In this document: positions 35,006 through 46,799 of the stretch, one piece after another | How the letters are laid out: each line of letters starts with the position of its first letter | How positions within the stretch are numbered: position 1 is the first letter of the stretch | Source: a virus | Virus record (IMG/VR): IMGVR_UViG_3300043446_002688 | Length of the DNA: 64,000 nucleotides | Reading direction: 5' to 3' (one strand) | Position numbers and translations under genes: made by a program | The notes under the pieces: generated by a model | Database searches by the model: none | Told to the model about the DNA's origin: nothing | What the model saw: only the letters and a program-made list of their open reading frames with translations

Positions 35006-36385
35006 ATGGCAAATAAATCACTCATTACATATGGCGCAAAGGTTGGACAGGTCGAACAGACCTACTATGCGCCTGTTGCTGTAGTTCCACCAGCGAACAC
35101 ATCTATCAGTCAGTCATATTGTTTCTTGGCAAAGGCAGAACCTTGGCCAGATGAAAACAATCCGCCTATACCATCACAAGATGTTAAGTCATTGAAGTTA
35201 ATCTTCAAGAACATTTTTGCTGCAAAACATATCACATCAAATGATATTGCACCCGTAATTAAACGATATGATTGGGTGTCAGGCACAGTTTATGACCGTT
35301 ATATTGACACGGTTGACATGTTTGAGTTGGACGAAAACGGAAACCCAACTAAATTTTACTATGTGAAAAATAGATACGACCAAGTATTTAAATGCCTATG
35401 GAATAATAATGGTGCAGCTTCGACTGAAGAACCATACTTTGAACCAGGTACATACAATGCAAGTAACATTTTCCAAGGTACAGATGACTACAAGTGGAAG
35501 TATATGTACACAGTTGACGCTGGTTCTAAATTGAAATTCATGGACTCATCTTGGTTACCAGTACCAATTGGTAAAAACATACCAAACCCATTGGACAATA
35601 CGGCTGGTGCAGGTAACATTGATGTCATCAACGTATTGGATGGTGGCCTTGGTTATGATCCTGCCAACTCAGTTGTTTCCGTAGTGATTACAGGCGATGG
35701 TAAAGATGCGGCCGCAACGGCCGTAGTTTCAGGTGAAGTCATCACAGACATTCTCGTGACCAATGCAGGTAGTAATTATACATACGCAAACGTTGCAATC
35801 TCAACTTCTATTGGTTTCGGTGCAATCTTGGAGTGTTCCACATCACCAATTGGTGGCCACGGGTTTGATCCAATCTCAGAACTAGGTTGCAATCATGTTA
35901 TGTTGAGTGTTGAGTTTAATGGTTCTGAGAGTGGTATTATACCAACAGACATTGACTATCACCAAGTAGGTATCATTGTAAATCCAACCACAAAAACATT
36001 AGATGAAGCCTACGCAAACTATATTCCTGCATCAGGCAACATCTACAAAACAACAACAGACTTCGTTGTGGCGCCAGGTTTTGGTTTATTTACAAACGAT
36101 GAGATTGTATATCAAGGTCCAGACCTTGCAACTGCATCATTTTTTGGAAGAGTTTTGAGTTTTGACCCAGCAACCAATGTGGTAAGACTTCTAAATATGA
36201 CAGGAACACCAACAATCAACTCGCCGTTGAAGGGTGACACATCAACAACAACAAGAACAATATTATCATACAGTGAACCAGACTTTGCAATTTTCTCCGG
36301 TTACATATCACACATCGAGAATAGAGCTGGAGTTTCTAGAAGCACTGATGGTATAGAACAATATAAATTTGTATTAGGTTACTAA
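35006..36385 (+). CDS. gp8: Baseplate wedge gp8
   Basis: RYDWVSGTVYDRY, VFKCLWNN, YKWKYMY, PIGGHG.DP..ELG, ENRAGVSR. Confidence 0.85.
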   Translation: MANKSLITYGAKVGQVEQTYYAPVAVVPPANTSISQSYCFLAKAEPWPDENNPPIPSQDVKSLKLIFKNIFAAKHITSNDIAPVIKRYDWVSGTVYDRYIDTVDMFELDENGNPTKFYYVKNRYDQVFKCLWNNNGAASTEEPYFEPGTYNASNIFQGTDDYKWKYMYTVDAGSKLKFMDSSWLPVPIGKNIPNPLDNTAGAGNIDVINVLDGGLGYDPANSVVSVVITGDGKDAAATAVVSGEVITDILVTNAGSNYTYANVAISTSIGFGAILECSTSPIGGHGFDPISELGCNHVMLSVEFNGSESGIIPTDIDYHQVGIIVNPTTKTLDEAYANYIPASGNIYKTTTDFVVAPGFGLFTNDEIVYQGPDLATASFFGRVLSFDPATNVVRLLNMTGTPTINSPLKGDTSTTTRTILSYSEPDFAIFSGYISHIENRAGVSRSTDGIEQYKFVLGY

Positions 36386-36394
36386 AGGAAAAAA

Positions 36395-39300
36395 ATGGCT
36401 CTGTATTTTAACGTTGATCCTTACTACGATGATTTTGATTCAACAAAAAACTTCCATCGTATTCTTTTCAAGCCAGGTTTTGCGGTTCAGGCTAGAGAAT
36501 TAACACAGGCACAAACCATCCTTCAAAACCAAGTTACAAAGTTTGCAGATAACATCTTCAAACAAAATTCACCCGTAACTGGTGGTCAGGTAACAACCAA
36601 CTTCGATTGTTACTATATCAAATTACAATCTACCTACAATAATGTTGCAATTGATGTAACACAATGGGAAGGTTTGTTGGTACAAAGTGCAGAAGGTGAT
36701 GTTATTGCACGAGTTCTGCAAGTGGCTGTACCAACCGGTACTGGCGGTGAAGGTGATCCACCAACATTGGTTGTTGCATATAAGACCGGCACACACTTCA
36801 CAGACAATGATGTAATCTATGATGTGAATTCTAACCTTGCTGTTCAGGCCTTAGCAAATAGTTCCACAGGCAAATCTTCTGTTGCATCTATTGCTGATGG
36901 TGTATTCTATATTGAAGGACACTTTGTTCAGATTCAATCACAAACAGTTATCATTGACAAGTACAATGATGCACCAAGCAGACGCATTGGTTTGAATGTT
37001 GCAGAAACAATCTATGATTATGTCAACGATGCATCGTTGTTGGATCCAGCCGTTGGTTCTTCCAACTATCAGGCACCAGGTGCAGACAGATATGTTATAC
37101 AATTAACATTAGAGACTCGTCCAATTCAGTTGGGTGATGATGATGCTTTCGTGGAATTGGTTCGTGTGACCAATGGTTCTGTTGCCAAATTGGTAGACGG
37201 ATCAGTATACAATGTTATTGATGATTACTTTGCTAAACGTGACTATGAAACCAATGGTGATTATGTTGTAGAAGATTTCAAACTAACACCAAAAACAAAC
37301 GAAGATACAACCAAATACACACTATCGGTTGGTAAAGGTTTGGCTTATGTACACGGATATCGTGTAGAGAATCCAACAGCAACTGATTTGGTATCCAATC
37401 GTGCAAGAACAACCGCAACCCGTGGAAATGGTCCTGTTTATATTGACTATGGTTCTTATGTCTATGTTGATACTGTTCGTGGCAACTCACAAGACTTTTT
37501 CGATTTCACTACTGCACAACCAATAGATTTACATTGTGTTAATGTAAACAATGTAAATAGAACAAACACAACCACATACGGCGCAACAACAGTTGCTTCA
37601 GGTTACATTCGCAATTTGGTTTATACTGGTGCATCCAATAGTGCAAACGCAAACACATACATCTACAAAGCATATGTTTATGGGTTACAAAATGGTGCAC
37701 CATCAGCAAATGCAACCGCAGGTTCAACAAATACAATCACTTTGCCTGGTACATTCTCTGCAACAAGCAATGCATATGATGGTGTAAATATTACCATCAC
37801 AAATGGTACCAACGCAGGTGACACTAGAACCATCACAGGTTACAATGGTACAACTCGTGTTGCATATCTAAATCAAAACTGGACAACAACACCTGATACA
37901 ACATCAGTATTCGTATTGAATTTTGATATCAAAGATACTGAAGCTTTGGTGTCTGTGGATGGTAGTTTCAATGTTCTCGGTTCATCTTCTATCAACACTC
38001 AAGGTAAAACAAATGGTGTTGGTTCGGGAGATACAGAACTAAAAAATCCTGGTTCACCAGAACTAATCTTTAATGTTGGTAATCCTTATATTTCCACAAT
38101 ATCAGATACTTCATACACCACTCAACAAGTGTGGAGAAACTTATCATTCACATCTGCTGGTGGATCAGTTACAGCTGAAGTGAATTACAGTAACGCATTA
38201 CAAGGCATCTTCACACACTTTGGAACACCAAGTTCTGTATTGAGTGATGAAACAGTAATGGAAAATTTTACAGTCATTGTAACAGACAAAGGTTCAAACA
38301 CCACAATTAAAAATGGTGACATTGTACCTTGGGTTTCAGCAGAAAGAACTGTGACTTTAGACAGTACATCAGCTGTTGCAACATTAGCTGCAACAGATTT
38401 ATTACCGTTCACCGCAATGGTTATTGTAAAAGTATTTGTTGTGAACGCAGACAACACAGGTTATGTGTTAAGGTCTAAGAACTTAATTGAAGCAAACACA
38501 ACTGCGGTAAACATTTCTGGTACACAAGTTAACACATATACATTTGTTGATGATGCAGCATTAACTTCTAAAGGTCAAGTGTATATTCAAAATGGTGGAC
38601 TAGTATCACCAGGACAAAAACAAACATTATATTTGTCTGATGTTAAACGTATTGTAAAAATAATTGATACAAAAGCATCCGGCACAACACCAACATCTGG
38701 TATGTTGTCGAGTCCAACATATGATATTACAAACAACTATACATTCGATAATGGTCAAAGAGATGGTTACTATGACCATGCCTCTATCACATTAAAACCA
38801 GGTGCACCACAACCTGTTGGTAACATCTTAGTATTGGTAGATTACTACCAACACACAGGTGGTGACGGTTACTTTGCAGTAACATCATATACAAGTTCAA
38901 CTCTTCCAGAAGATTATAGAAGTATTCCTTCTTATAGAAGTAATGGCGGTACTGTTTATAGTCTGCGTGATTGTTTAGACTTTAGACCTGCAAGATTAAA
39001 TGCACAAGCAGATTTCACTTTCCGATTCTCAACAACAGGTACACAGAACTATGGTTTGAATTTGCCAGTTGACTTGACAACATTCGTTGGTGATTCTGAG
39101 TATTATCTTGGTAGAAAAGATAAGTTGACTCTAAGTAAAGACCGTCAATTTAATATCATTGAAGGTTCTCCTTCATTAACACCATTACCACCAACAGAGC
39201 CAGATGGTTCATTGGTATTGGCCAACATCGAACATGCACCTTACACAGGTTATATTCCAACAGAAGTACCAGCAGGTTTAATTTCTGACCTGTCTATCGA

Positions 39301-42300
39301 AAAAGTACAACACAAACGTTATACTATGCAAGACATTTCTGGTTTGGAATCCAGAATCAACAAGGTTGAGTACTATACTTCATTGAACTTGTTGGAACAA
39401 AAAGCACAGTCTCTACAAATTTCCGATTCATATGGTCTAAACAGATTCAAGAATGGCATTTTAGTTGATGACTTCTCAAGTTATGCAGCTGCTGATACTA
39501 TGAGTTCAGATTATTCTGCCTCTATCAACCGCAGAGACCGTATACTGAGTGCATCACATACAGTTAAAAACTTCCCATTGAAATCAACCGCATTGGTTAA
39601 TAACATCGGCAAGTTGGCTGCAAACTCAGCAGCATCTTTGGGTTATGAAATTGACAGTAGTGGTTTGGTAAACTACTTCAGTCTACCATACTCAACATCA
39701 AATGTGGCAACACAAAAATTTGCATCACGCACCGTGAATGTTAACCCATTCTCATTTATTTCCAGACAAGGTGTGGTAGATTTGACACCTAACATTGACA
39801 ACTGGGTTGATACCGACTATGCACCAGCATTGTTGGTGGTTGATCCTAACCTACAGGTGTACAGCCAATCTAATACCATTACAACAATGTCTGTTGGTGA
39901 CTGGAAGGGTATTCCTGGAACACAGACAAAAAAATTAACAGAAAAAGTAACTAGTGGTCTAAACTTTACAATTACCAATACCACAACCGATACTTATGAA
40001 AACAAATTACAACAAAATCTTCTTGGTGCATACCAGAAAATAGATAACACATACTCAATTAATAATGGTTACATAACTGATATTACAATTTTACCATATA
40101 TTCGTCCACAACAGGTCGTTATTCGTGGTAAAGATATGTTGTTGAACACAACAGTTAATAACTATTTTGATGATGTTAATGTTGATAAGTATGTGCGTAA
40201 GGCCAACATCATTGAATTGACAGGAGTTTCTGGTACATTCAATGAGAATGATGTGATTGGTTATTACACAGGCGGTGTGTTCACACCCACTGGTCGTATT
40301 TTAGGTGTCTATAAGAAAACATCTACAACAGTAAGATTGTATGTTGCTGCTGATGGTAAAACATCATCTTATACAACCAACGGCGTTATACAAAATGGAT
40401 TCTTCAACTCAAGTGGTACATACACATCATCTACCGCATCAGGTTCGTTGAGTTCAACATCACACTTTGGTGGTCAGATTGCATACGCTCAGACAGCAAC
40501 AAAGATTGTTCTGACTGGTACTGCATCAACAACAAATGATTACTATGTTGGCAATACAATCTACATCAATACAGGTTCTGCTGCAGGTCAATCTGCAACC
40601 ATTTCTACATACTATGGTGCAAACCAAACAGCAGTATTGAGTACAAGTATTGGTACTGCCAACGGCGATATCTATTCTATGGGCACATTCAAGACAGACC
40701 AAACTGGTTCAATGTATGGTGTTTTCAGTATTCCACCAAATACTTTCCATACAGGTCAACGTGTTCTACGCATTGATGATTCTAATGGAAATTCAGGATC
40801 ACAAAGTACATTTGCAAGAGGTACATTTTACTCCGAAGGTCTTCACACCAGAGCGCAACAATTGGACTTTGGTGCCTCACCAGCTGGTGCAAAAGGTACA
40901 TTCATTCAAAATAACTATGCGAACAATGTATTAATATCTTCATCAACCTCAACACTTGAAAATCGTTGGGATCCTATTGCACAAACATTTATCTTTGATA
41001 AAGACAATTATCCAAATGGTTTATTCCTAAGTTCAGCAACATTCTTCTTCAAGACCAAACCAACTTCTGACAGTTCACCAATTATGTTGTCTATCGTTGG
41101 TACATTAAATGGTTATCCAAATGGTGAAACATTAGACAACTCTATTGTAAGTTTGATACCAGAACAAGTTAATATTTCAGACACACCACAATTCTTGGAC
41201 AAAACAACTGCAACAACATTCCAGTTCCCTGTTCCAATTTACATTCAACCTGGCGTGTTGTATTCTTTCATTCTGAAATCAAACTCTAAAGAGTATACAG
41301 TTTGGACCGCATCAAGTGGTGATACAGCTTTAACATCTTCAGTTAAGAATCAACCAAGCGATCCAACACCATCAACAATCACCAAGATTGGTGGTGCACC
41401 TTATGTTGGTGGATTGTTTGTGTCTCAAAACTCACAGACATGGACTGCTGACCAAAATCAGAGTCTGATGTTTGTGATAGACCGTTGTGTCTTTGATACA
41501 ACTGCCACACCTACATTACAGTATGTGGTGCCTAAGAAGTTGCCACAAAGAACATTGGTTGAACAAGGCATTCAATACTACCTAAATGCAAACAATATTT
41601 CTGGTGTAATTGATTCTGTGTCTAACACAAGCATTTATGCTGATGCATTTAACATCACAACAACAGACTTCTTGCCCACAACAACAGCAATCAACTACAC
41701 ATACAATGCAACATTGGTTGGTGGTACTGCTGCGGGTACAGTAAACATCCGTCCTGGTAAATTCGGTACACCATCATCTGATGACATTTACTTGAGTGAT
41801 GGTAAAGGTAAGCGTATGTTGGATGCAAATAGTGGCACCTCATTCTCATTATATGCACAGTTATCAACAAACGATAACGCAGTAAGTCCTATCATTTCTG
41901 ATGCAGGCCTTTCTACATATGCAATCAAGTGGAACATCAACAACTGTGAATTGTCTAACAACTTAATCACAGTAACAAATGGTGGAAGTAACTTTAATGC
42001 ATCAAATGCTGTTGTGACTTTCTCTGCACCAACGGGTACAGGTGGCACACAGGCTTATGGTGTTGCAAATGTGGTTTCTGGCAAAGTCGATGCAGTTTAT
42101 GTGACACAACCAGGTTCTGGTTATATTACCACACCTACTGTAACAATTACGGCATCATCTGGTTCTGCAACAGGTGCCACAGCAATTGTTTCAGGTGAAA
42201 CATCTAAGTCTGGTGGTAATGCGACTGCAAAATATGTTACTAAGAAGGTAGTATTGGATGCAGGTTTCGATTCTGGTGACTTGAATGTTTACTTGTCTGC

Positions 42301-42646
42301 ATATCGTCCAGTCAACACAGACATTCATGTGTACTACAAGATTCTAAATCGTAACGACACACAACGATTTGATGATGGTTCATGGCAATTGATGACACCA
42401 ATTAACAGTTCTGGTTCTAAGTATTCTACTGGCCGCAATGATATTATTGAGTATTCATTTGCACCAGGAACAAACGGTACAGACCAAGGTTATGTAAAAT
42501 ACACCAGTACAAATGGACAAACATACTCATCGTTTAGTCAATTTGCAATTAAAATTGTATTTACATCATCAGACAGTACATATGTACCGTATGTAACCGA
42601 TTTGAGAGCAATTGCATTGCCTTCTAACGTTAACACCACATTCTAA
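36395..42646 (+). CDS. Large virion structural protein (DUF4815/VrlC-like), 2083 aa
   Basis: FNVDPYYDDFD..KNFHRILFKPG.AVQARELTQ.QTILQNQ; APGADR; RFKNGILVDDF; LRAIAL. Confidence 0.85.
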   Translation: MALYFNVDPYYDDFDSTKNFHRILFKPGFAVQARELTQAQTILQNQVTKFADNIFKQNSPVTGGQVTTNFDCYYIKLQSTYNNVAIDVTQWEGLLVQSAEGDVIARVLQVAVPTGTGGEGDPPTLVVAYKTGTHFTDNDVIYDVNSNLAVQALANSSTGKSSVASIADGVFYIEGHFVQIQSQTVIIDKYNDAPSRRIGLNVAETIYDYVNDASLLDPAVGSSNYQAPGADRYVIQLTLETRPIQLGDDDAFVELVRVTNGSVAKLVDGSVYNVIDDYFAKRDYETNGDYVVEDFKLTPKTNEDTTKYTLSVGKGLAYVHGYRVENPTATDLVSNRARTTATRGNGPVYIDYGSYVYVDTVRGNSQDFFDFTTAQPIDLHCVNVNNVNRTNTTTYGATTVASGYIRNLVYTGASNSANANTYIYKAYVYGLQNGAPSANATAGSTNTITLPGTFSATSNAYDGVNITITNGTNAGDTRTITGYNGTTRVAYLNQNWTTTPDTTSVFVLNFDIKDTEALVSVDGSFNVLGSSSINTQGKTNGVGSGDTELKNPGSPELIFNVGNPYISTISDTSYTTQQVWRNLSFTSAGGSVTAEVNYSNALQGIFTHFGTPSSVLSDETVMENFTVIVTDKGSNTTIKNGDIVPWVSAERTVTLDSTSAVATLAATDLLPFTAMVIVKVFVVNADNTGYVLRSKNLIEANTTAVNISGTQVNTYTFVDDAALTSKGQVYIQNGGLVSPGQKQTLYLSDVKRIVKIIDTKASGTTPTSGMLSSPTYDITNNYTFDNGQRDGYYDHASITLKPGAPQPVGNILVLVDYYQHTGGDGYFAVTSYTSSTLPEDYRSIPSYRSNGGTVYSLRDCLDFRPARLNAQADFTFRFSTTGTQNYGLNLPVDLTTFVGDSEYYLGRKDKLTLSKDRQFNIIEGSPSLTPLPPTEPDGSLVLANIEHAPYTGYIPTEVPAGLISDLSIEKVQHKRYTMQDISGLESRINKVEYYTSLNLLEQKAQSLQISDSYGLNRFKNGILVDDFSSYAAADTMSSDYSASINRRDRILSASHTVKNFPLKSTALVNNIGKLAANSAASLGYEIDSSGLVNYFSLPYSTSNVATQKFASRTVNVNPFSFISRQGVVDLTPNIDNWVDTDYAPALLVVDPNLQVYSQSNTITTMSVGDWKGIPGTQTKKLTEKVTSGLNFTITNTTTDTYENKLQQNLLGAYQKIDNTYSINNGYITDITILPYIRPQQVVIRGKDMLLNTTVNNYFDDVNVDKYVRKANIIELTGVSGTFNENDVIGYYTGGVFTPTGRILGVYKKTSTTVRLYVAADGKTSSYTTNGVIQNGFFNSSGTYTSSTASGSLSSTSHFGGQIAYAQTATKIVLTGTASTTNDYYVGNTIYINTGSAAGQSATISTYYGANQTAVLSTSIGTANGDIYSMGTFKTDQTGSMYGVFSIPPNTFHTGQRVLRIDDSNGNSGSQSTFARGTFYSEGLHTRAQQLDFGASPAGAKGTFIQNNYANNVLISSSTSTLENRWDPIAQTFIFDKDNYPNGLFLSSATFFFKTKPTSDSSPIMLSIVGTLNGYPNGETLDNSIVSLIPEQVNISDTPQFLDKTTATTFQFPVPIYIQPGVLYSFILKSNSKEYTVWTASSGDTALTSSVKNQPSDPTPSTITKIGGAPYVGGLFVSQNSQTWTADQNQSLMFVIDRCVFDTTATPTLQYVVPKKLPQRTLVEQGIQYYLNANNISGVIDSVSNTSIYADAFNITTTDFLPTTTAINYTYNATLVGGTAAGTVNIRPGKFGTPSSDDIYLSDGKGKRMLDANSGTSFSLYAQLSTNDNAVSPIISDAGLSTYAIKWNINNCELSNNLITVTNGGSNFNASNAVVTFSAPTGTGGTQAYGVANVVSGKVDAVYVTQPGSGYITTPTVTITASSGSATGATAIVSGETSKSGGNATAKYVTKKVVLDAGFDSGDLNVYLSAYRPVNTDIHVYYKILNRNDTQRFDDGSWQLMTPINSSGSKYSTGRNDIIEYSFAPGTNGTDQGYVKYTSTNGQTYSSFSQFAIKIVFTSSDSTYVPYVTDLRAIALPSNVNTTF

Positions 42647-42648
42647 TC

Positions 42649-42867
42649 ATGTTACTTAAAGTCCAAGGTACAGAATTTGTCCGTGACACAAACTCCACGG
42701 CCCTCATCAATAGAGATGCAACGGGCCTAGAGGAGTACTATAAGAAAAGACGCATGATGGCTGCCCAAAAGGATGAAATAAATAACCTGAAGAAAGAACA
42801 CGAGAACATCAAAATGGAATTATCCGAAATCAAACAACTGATGTTAAAACTATTGGAAAAAAACTAA
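42649..42867 (+). CDS. Small coiled-coil hypothetical protein
   Basis: VRDTNSTALIN; EIKQLMLKLL. Confidence 0.75.
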   Translation: MLLKVQGTEFVRDTNSTALINRDATGLEEYYKKRRMMAAQKDEINNLKKEHENIKMELSEIKQLMLKLLEKN

Positions 42868-45660
42868 ATGGCTAATACAGTTTCACTTTTAAGTTATGCA
42901 AACACCTTTGGTGAATGGGTTGTTAACACAAACACTCTTGCAAAAGAGAACAATGACCTTGCTGCAAACAACTACACAAAAACCACAGGAACTCTGTTCT
43001 TAAATGATAACTCTCTTGGTCTACAAGTTGCCAATAATTCTATTTTTGGCGGACAATTCCAGGTACAAGGTATAGGTTCTTCTGCATATGTACAAAACAA
43101 CCTGAGAGTTGACGGCCAAGTTTATTTTACCAACACAACACTAGGTCTAACCAATACAGGACAAGCAAACATTGGTGGTCCTCTACTTGCTTTAGGTTTA
43201 AACACAGGTTTGACAGTTGCCAATACCGCAAACGTTGGTCGCAACCTAAATGTTACAGGAAATACCACAGTTGGTGGTAACTCTAGTGTTGTTGGTGATT
43301 CCCATTTATATACAGTAACTGCCACAGGTGCTGTGCGTGTTGCAAACAATATATCCGTTACACAAAATGCATACATTGATGGTTCATCTTTTGCTGACCA
43401 CTATTATGCAAACATTGATGTTGTGTCGCCACGAATTGTGGTAACAAATGCTGTATATGGTCCAACCGCACGAGCCGACTTTGATATTTTTTATGCAAAT
43501 ACAACAACATTATCCGTTGCATATATTACAACATTACAAGCAAACTCATCTATTAACACACAGACATTAAATGCCAGAACATTTTATGCACAATCTGTTT
43601 CTACACCAAGTGCAAATGTGACCGGTTTAATTGATGCTAATAATGCAACAGCATACATTAATAACCTACAAACAAATGGTCAGTTGAGTGTTGGTGGTAA
43701 TTTTGTTATCAATGGTGCAACAATATACAACTCAAATGAATTTACAATTAATGCTGGTTCAACTACAGGACAATATAGTTCATTTATTGTAAATCGTGGT
43801 ACTGACGGTTCAAATGCCGCAATTCGTTGGAATCAACCACTTGGTTATTGGGACATTAAAAATGTTACATCAAACACATTCTATCGAGTTGTAACAAACG
43901 AATATATTAATGACACATTAACATCCACAAGTAATACAGATTTTGCCACAGCAAACGTTGCTAACACATTGAATAATGTTATTACTGCCGCAAATACATT
44001 CTTGCAGGCAGCAGTTGCATCAGCAGGTTCATATGCTAACTCAGGTTTCTTACATGCTAATGCAGCATTTGCAGCTGCAAACAATGTGGCACCACAGATT
44101 GCACCAGCATTTAGCCAAGCAAACGCAGCCTTCTCAAGAGCAAACACATCTGCAAATGCCATTTTAGGTACAACAGGTTCCGGAATCACACCAACAAGTG
44201 GTGGTATAACTTTTGCAAGTAATAACGGTGTTGTAATCTCAACACCAGGCGGTAACACAGCCTTCATTAGCACATCACAAGACCTAAGAACATCTGCAAC
44301 ACCAACCTTTGCAGGCCTAAGTCTATCTAATCCTTTGGCAGTAACACAAGGTGGTACTGGTGGTTCTTCTTCTACCGCAGCATTGATTAATCTATTACCA
44401 GATGCATCTAGTGCTCCAGCAGGTTACGTTCTTGCTACTGGTGGTGTTGGTAGTTATTATTGGGCAGCTGGTGGTTCAGGTGGCGGTGGCGGCGGCACAC
44501 AACCTGGTACCAGAATTAACACAACAAGATTGTTTCCAACTGTTAACACAAATCAAACAGTATTCACCACACCAACATATACAACCGGTACAGGTCAACT
44601 TAGAGTTTATATAGATGGTGTTCGTCAATATCCATCCGACTATACGGAAACAAATTCAACTTCTGTAACATTGGGTTCAACAATACCAGCTGGATCATCT
44701 TTAATGATTGAAGTAGATGCATACACATCATATGCATACTATGCGAATAACATTCCATTCACTTCACCATTTGGTGGAATCGTTACAACCGCAAACACAA
44801 TTCAGTTGGCAATACAGGATGTTGAGACTAGAAAAGCCACATTGGCATCACCAACATTTACTGGTTTAGTTAATGTGCCTACAGCACCAACAACCACAAG
44901 TAATACGGTTGTTGCATCAACTGCATATGTAACAAATCGTTTGGGTGACGGTGGCACATACGCACACAGCATTACAGGAAATGCAGGCACAGCCACTACA
45001 GCTGCTGCGGTACCTGCAAGTGGTATTACAGGCCAAACTGGTATGTGGACAAGTTCAGTTCGTCCAGGACCATATAGATTATATCGCCGTGATAACAACA
45101 GTGATTATTCTGTACAAACATATTGGACAGGTAGTTACTGGAGATTATATGGTTATAGTGGTGACACTGCTCACGCTGACACACATGTTGGTTATGCAGA
45201 TTCTGCTGGTAGTGCATCATCAGCATCAACAGCTAGCACAGCAAACGCATTGAACACTGGTAACAACTATCAGATGAATGCTTTGTGGGTTGGCTCAGGA
45301 TCACCATCTTATTCATCCAATGAAATAAAATCAGTTGGAAATATTACCGCTTATGTTTCAGACGAAAGATTAAAAAACAATCTGGGTAAAATTGAAAACG
45401 CATTAGATAAGATTGAACAACTGACAGGTTTCTATTATGAACTAAACGATGTTGCAAAAAGTCTTGGTTTAGAATCAAAAGGCCGTGAAGTTGGTGTGTC
45501 TGCACAGAAAGTGCAATTAGTCCAACCCGAAGCAGTAGCACCAGCACCAGTTGATGAAAATTATTTAACAGTTCGTTATGAAAGATTGGTTCCACTTATT
45601 ATTGAAGCAATCAAAGAATTGAAATCAGAAGTCGAAGTGTTAAAAGGACAAATTAAATGA
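42868..45660 (+). CDS. Tail fibre with C-terminal intramolecular chaperone (peptidase S74)
   Basis: YVSDERLKNN...ALDKI..L.G..Y, GVSAQ.V..V.PEAV, VRYERLVPLIIEAIKEL. Confidence 0.88.
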   Translation: MANTVSLLSYANTFGEWVVNTNTLAKENNDLAANNYTKTTGTLFLNDNSLGLQVANNSIFGGQFQVQGIGSSAYVQNNLRVDGQVYFTNTTLGLTNTGQANIGGPLLALGLNTGLTVANTANVGRNLNVTGNTTVGGNSSVVGDSHLYTVTATGAVRVANNISVTQNAYIDGSSFADHYYANIDVVSPRIVVTNAVYGPTARADFDIFYANTTTLSVAYITTLQANSSINTQTLNARTFYAQSVSTPSANVTGLIDANNATAYINNLQTNGQLSVGGNFVINGATIYNSNEFTINAGSTTGQYSSFIVNRGTDGSNAAIRWNQPLGYWDIKNVTSNTFYRVVTNEYINDTLTSTSNTDFATANVANTLNNVITAANTFLQAAVASAGSYANSGFLHANAAFAAANNVAPQIAPAFSQANAAFSRANTSANAILGTTGSGITPTSGGITFASNNGVVISTPGGNTAFISTSQDLRTSATPTFAGLSLSNPLAVTQGGTGGSSSTAALINLLPDASSAPAGYVLATGGVGSYYWAAGGSGGGGGGTQPGTRINTTRLFPTVNTNQTVFTTPTYTTGTGQLRVYIDGVRQYPSDYTETNSTSVTLGSTIPAGSSLMIEVDAYTSYAYYANNIPFTSPFGGIVTTANTIQLAIQDVETRKATLASPTFTGLVNVPTAPTTTSNTVVASTAYVTNRLGDGGTYAHSITGNAGTATTAAAVPASGITGQTGMWTSSVRPGPYRLYRRDNNSDYSVQTYWTGSYWRLYGYSGDTAHADTHVGYADSAGSASSASTASTANALNTGNNYQMNALWVGSGSPSYSSNEIKSVGNITAYVSDERLKNNLGKIENALDKIEQLTGFYYELNDVAKSLGLESKGREVGVSAQKVQLVQPEAVAPAPVDENYLTVRYERLVPLIIEAIKELKSEVEVLKGQIK

Positions 45661-46343
45661 CAACAAAAGTAAAACCATCAGTACTAGCAGACACCGCAGT
45701 AACAGCAGGTACATATGGTGGTTCAACACAACACACAGTATTTACAGTTGACGAACAAGGTCGGTTGACATATGCAGCCAATGCCACACCAAGTATTGCA
45801 ACTTCACAGTTGACTGGTACTATTTCCGCAACGCAGGTAGCAAATAACCAAACATATGGTATCAATGTTAGTGGTAACTCCGGCACTGTGACAAATGGTG
45901 TATATACCAGTGGTTCTTACTCCGATCCTTCATGGTTAACAATTTCAAAATCTAAGGTTGGCCTAGGTAATGTAGACAATACAGCTGATGCCAGCAAGAG
46001 TGTGAGTTATGCAGCAACCGCAGGCACCGCAGGCAATGGTGGTGTAACATCAGTTAACGGAAGCACAGGTGCTGTAACTGTTAACGTGGCAGCTACAACC
46101 GCAGGGTTGGCAGTAGGTGCTATTGGATCATATGCACTTTTGTATACTGGTCCATCAACCGGTGGAATAGAAGGAGCTCTAATTGCAGGTTCCAATCTCT
46201 ATTATGCTGCAGCGAATGACGGTAACAGTAGTAGTAGGAATGTACAACCATCAGGAACCTGGAGAAGAATGGGTGTATCTTCTGGTCCCGGTGGTGCTTC
46301 TGGTTATGGTACATTTACAACCGTTTATTTAAGAGTGTCTTAA
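45657..46343 (+). CDS. Short tail-fibre protein
   Basis: VTAGTYG...TVDEQGRLT, SKSKVGLGNVDNT, VTSVNGSTGAV, GTWRRMG, YLRVS. Confidence 0.75.
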   Translation: MTTKVKPSVLADTAVTAGTYGGSTQHTVFTVDEQGRLTYAANATPSIATSQLTGTISATQVANNQTYGINVSGNSGTVTNGVYTSGSYSDPSWLTISKSKVGLGNVDNTADASKSVSYAATAGTAGNGGVTSVNGSTGAVTVNVAATTAGLAVGAIGSYALLYTGPSTGGIEGALIAGSNLYYAAANDGNSSSRNVQPSGTWRRMGVSSGPGGASGYGTFTTVYLRVS

Positions 46344-46357
46344 TAGGAAATTAATTT

Positions 46358-46747
46358 ATGAAATTGAAATACGCAAAAAATCCAAAATGGATGAACGAAG
46401 AAAAAACATTGATTGATGTTGTCGTTCGTTTTGAGGAAATAGAGGAAGAATTGCCATTCACAGCCAACAAAAATGATGTTGAGGAACATGGGCGCAACAT
46501 ATTTGAATTGTGTGTTGCAGGACAATTCGGAAAAATTCAAGATTATATTCCTCCAACAAGAGAACAATTATCATTCCATATAAAAATCAAAAGAGACACA
46601 CTATTAAATAATACAGATTGGACACAGTTGCCGGATGTTGCAGAAGAAACAAAACAAAAGTGGTCCACATATCGTCAAGCTCTAAGGGATATTACTAAAC
46701 AAGAAGGTTATCCAAAAAATGTCACTTGGCCGACAGAACCAACATAA
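46358..46747 (+). CDS. Tail-fibre assembly chaperone
   Basis: LPFTA..ND.E.HG..IF; RD.LL..TDWTQLPD...W..YRQALRDIT.Q.GYP..V.WP. Confidence 0.85.
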   Translation: MKLKYAKNPKWMNEEKTLIDVVVRFEEIEEELPFTANKNDVEEHGRNIFELCVAGQFGKIQDYIPPTREQLSFHIKIKRDTLLNNTDWTQLPDVAEETKQKWSTYRQALRDITKQEGYPKNVTWPTEPT

Positions 46748-46768
46748 CATTTTATTTTTGGTATGTCT

Positions 46769-46776
46769 TATAAATA
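46769..46776 (+). promoter_or_regulatory. T4 late promoter TATAAATA
   Basis: Exact consensus 23 nt before ATG 46800. Confidence 0.85.
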
Positions 46777-46799
46777 ATACAATAATATAAAGATAAAAA